A stretch of 63,491 nt of DNA, counting the filler, from Dimorphilus gyrociliatus (taxonomy: Eukaryota; Animalia; Annelida), in the NCBI GenBank assembly GCA_904063045.1. It is 4 parts of 4 records of this genome, joined end to end, with 100 filler letters (N's around TTAATTAATTAA, not from the genome) between each part and the next. Parts side by side here need not be neighbours in the genome. Positions count along the whole stretch, not along the records: positions 56,943 to 63,491 come from CAJFCJ010000314.1; 3 more parts are not named here. One strand, given 5' to 3'. The number at the start of each line of letters is the position of its first letter. The stretch's first letter is position 1. The translations under genes were made by a program, and so were the position numbers. Shown here piece after piece: positions 62,236-63,491 of this stretch. The notes under the pieces were generated by a model. It was not told the origin of the DNA. It saw only the letters and a list, made by a program, of their open reading frames with translations, and ran no database searches.

Positions 62236-62489
62236 CTAATTTTTACTTAAATGGGAAAAGGTAGTGTTTTTAAGATTTAGTTTTAATTAACAATTGAACC
62301 TCAATTGAAATATATTAAAGATTTTTTGAGGTTAATTAAATAATAAAAATATTTTATTAAAATAACACCACTTAAACTGTTTTAAATACTATTCGGATGA
62401 GAATTTGACAATAATTAATATTTTATTTATCAAAAAAATCACCTAATTTATCATTTTAAGTATATTTAAACCATTTACGAAAAAAGGGC

Positions 62490-63464
62490 ATGTCATTTCT
62501 TTTATCATTACTTATGAGTTTAATAAATACTTCTGACTTCTCAACCACAACAGAAGCCGATCAAAGTTTTTCCTCAATGAGCTCAATGAGCTCTATGGCT
62601 ATGAGTGAAAACAGCTCATGGAGTGACTTTGACACTTCATCAATGAATGAACAGAACGGACTATTGACCAGACTAAAACTAAATAACCACGCATCATCAA
62701 ATAGAAGAAAGGCAGGAATAGCATTGTATAATAAAATTGTACGTGAAATTTCTCATATTGATGGTACAGATTATGAGAATTTGCTATGGGAAATGGGAAG
62801 TATAAAACAATACTTCGATAAAGATGTAGACAATTACGTAAAGGCTTTAGAAAACCGTGAATACAAGAATGCTTTTAAAATTTTAATGAACGAATTTAAT
62901 ACAAACTCAGATGCTTATAAATTACCTTATGCACTTAATGAGGTAAAGTCATTCTTAACAAAAGATTTAAAGTCCTACAATATTGAAATAATTAACAGAA
63001 ACAAAGATAAGAGAAAGTACTTTCAGTTCTTGGGAAATAAAAGAATTTATACTTACAAAATACCACTAAAGCTTAGACTTTCATTAAAAGTACCAGCAGT
63101 TGTTATTCCAGACTGCTTTTTAGACCCTATTCAAATTCTAACAACAAGTTATCCAACTGATATGACAATTCTTACAGCTATTGAAAAAATTATGAAAGAA
63201 GGTGAAATAAGTAATGAAGAATATAAAACTAGAATTGTAAATTACCTGAATAAAGCATTAGCATCAGACAAAAGATTTGAATTGATAAAAGGAAAACTCT
63301 TTATGTTGTCAATTGTTTGGGATATAATATTTGGACGTGATATCGATAAGATAGTTTCAAAGCATGCAAGTATTGTAAAATCTCATAGTAATAGTGGATC
63401 CTACACTATATTCTCGTTGCCTATACGTTATATATTTGGTGATTCTTATAGTGTGAAGGAATAA
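62490..63464 (+). CDS. Hypothetical secreted protein with a Ser/Met-rich N-terminus
   Basis: Intact 324-aa ORF with a hydrophobic start MSFLLSLLMSLINTS and GGG just upstream of the ATG. Confidence 0.7.
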   Translation: MSFLLSLLMSLINTSDFSTTTEADQSFSSMSSMSSMAMSENSSWSDFDTSSMNEQNGLLTRLKLNNHASSNRRKAGIALYNKIVREISHIDGTDYENLLWEMGSIKQYFDKDVDNYVKALENREYKNAFKILMNEFNTNSDAYKLPYALNEVKSFLTKDLKSYNIEIINRNKDKRKYFQFLGNKRIYTYKIPLKLRLSLKVPAVVIPDCFLDPIQILTTSYPTDMTILTAIEKIMKEGEISNEEYKTRIVNYLNKALASDKRFELIKGKLFMLSIVWDIIFGRDIDKIVSKHASIVKSHSNSGSYTIFSLPIRYIFGDSYSVKE

Positions 63465-63491
63465 GTGAAATATTAAATTCTTGTTTTCAAA

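Overview
This window is four unrelated contigs joined by 100-bp artificial linkers (44 N + TTAATTAATTAA + 44 N) at 25799, 48047 and 56843. Contig A (1-25798) is AT-rich animal DNA with short introns, probably from a compact-genome invertebrate (inference). It holds a >1500-aa intronless LRR ORF with a 56-aa repeat, a divergent pair of GRL101-like LDLa-LRR GPCR genes (one apparently intact, one a pseudogene), solo-LTR fragments and MITEs. Contig B (25899-48046) holds a full-length but frameshifted Ty3/Gypsy LTR element. That element has a herpes-gB-like env, a Gag start codon inside the LTR, and a 4x tandem array of phospho-SIM-like motifs between protease and RT. Contig B also holds a TIR/TSD-complete Mutator element and, at its right end, decayed intronless microsporidian-like genes (Mrt4, AN1 zinc finger). 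Contig C (48147-56842) is a nest of the same TE families interleaved with deleted microsporidian-like PGI and NOG1 pseudogenes. Contig D (56943-63491) looks like a genuine microsporidian contig (OSCA/CSC1, HEI10, glutathione reductase, a secreted protein) with only homopolymer indels. The strongest lead is endogenised, decaying microsporidian DNA inside the host genome. The second lead is the poly-SIM module in an env-bearing retroelement. All family calls come from motif recognition by eye, not database searches.
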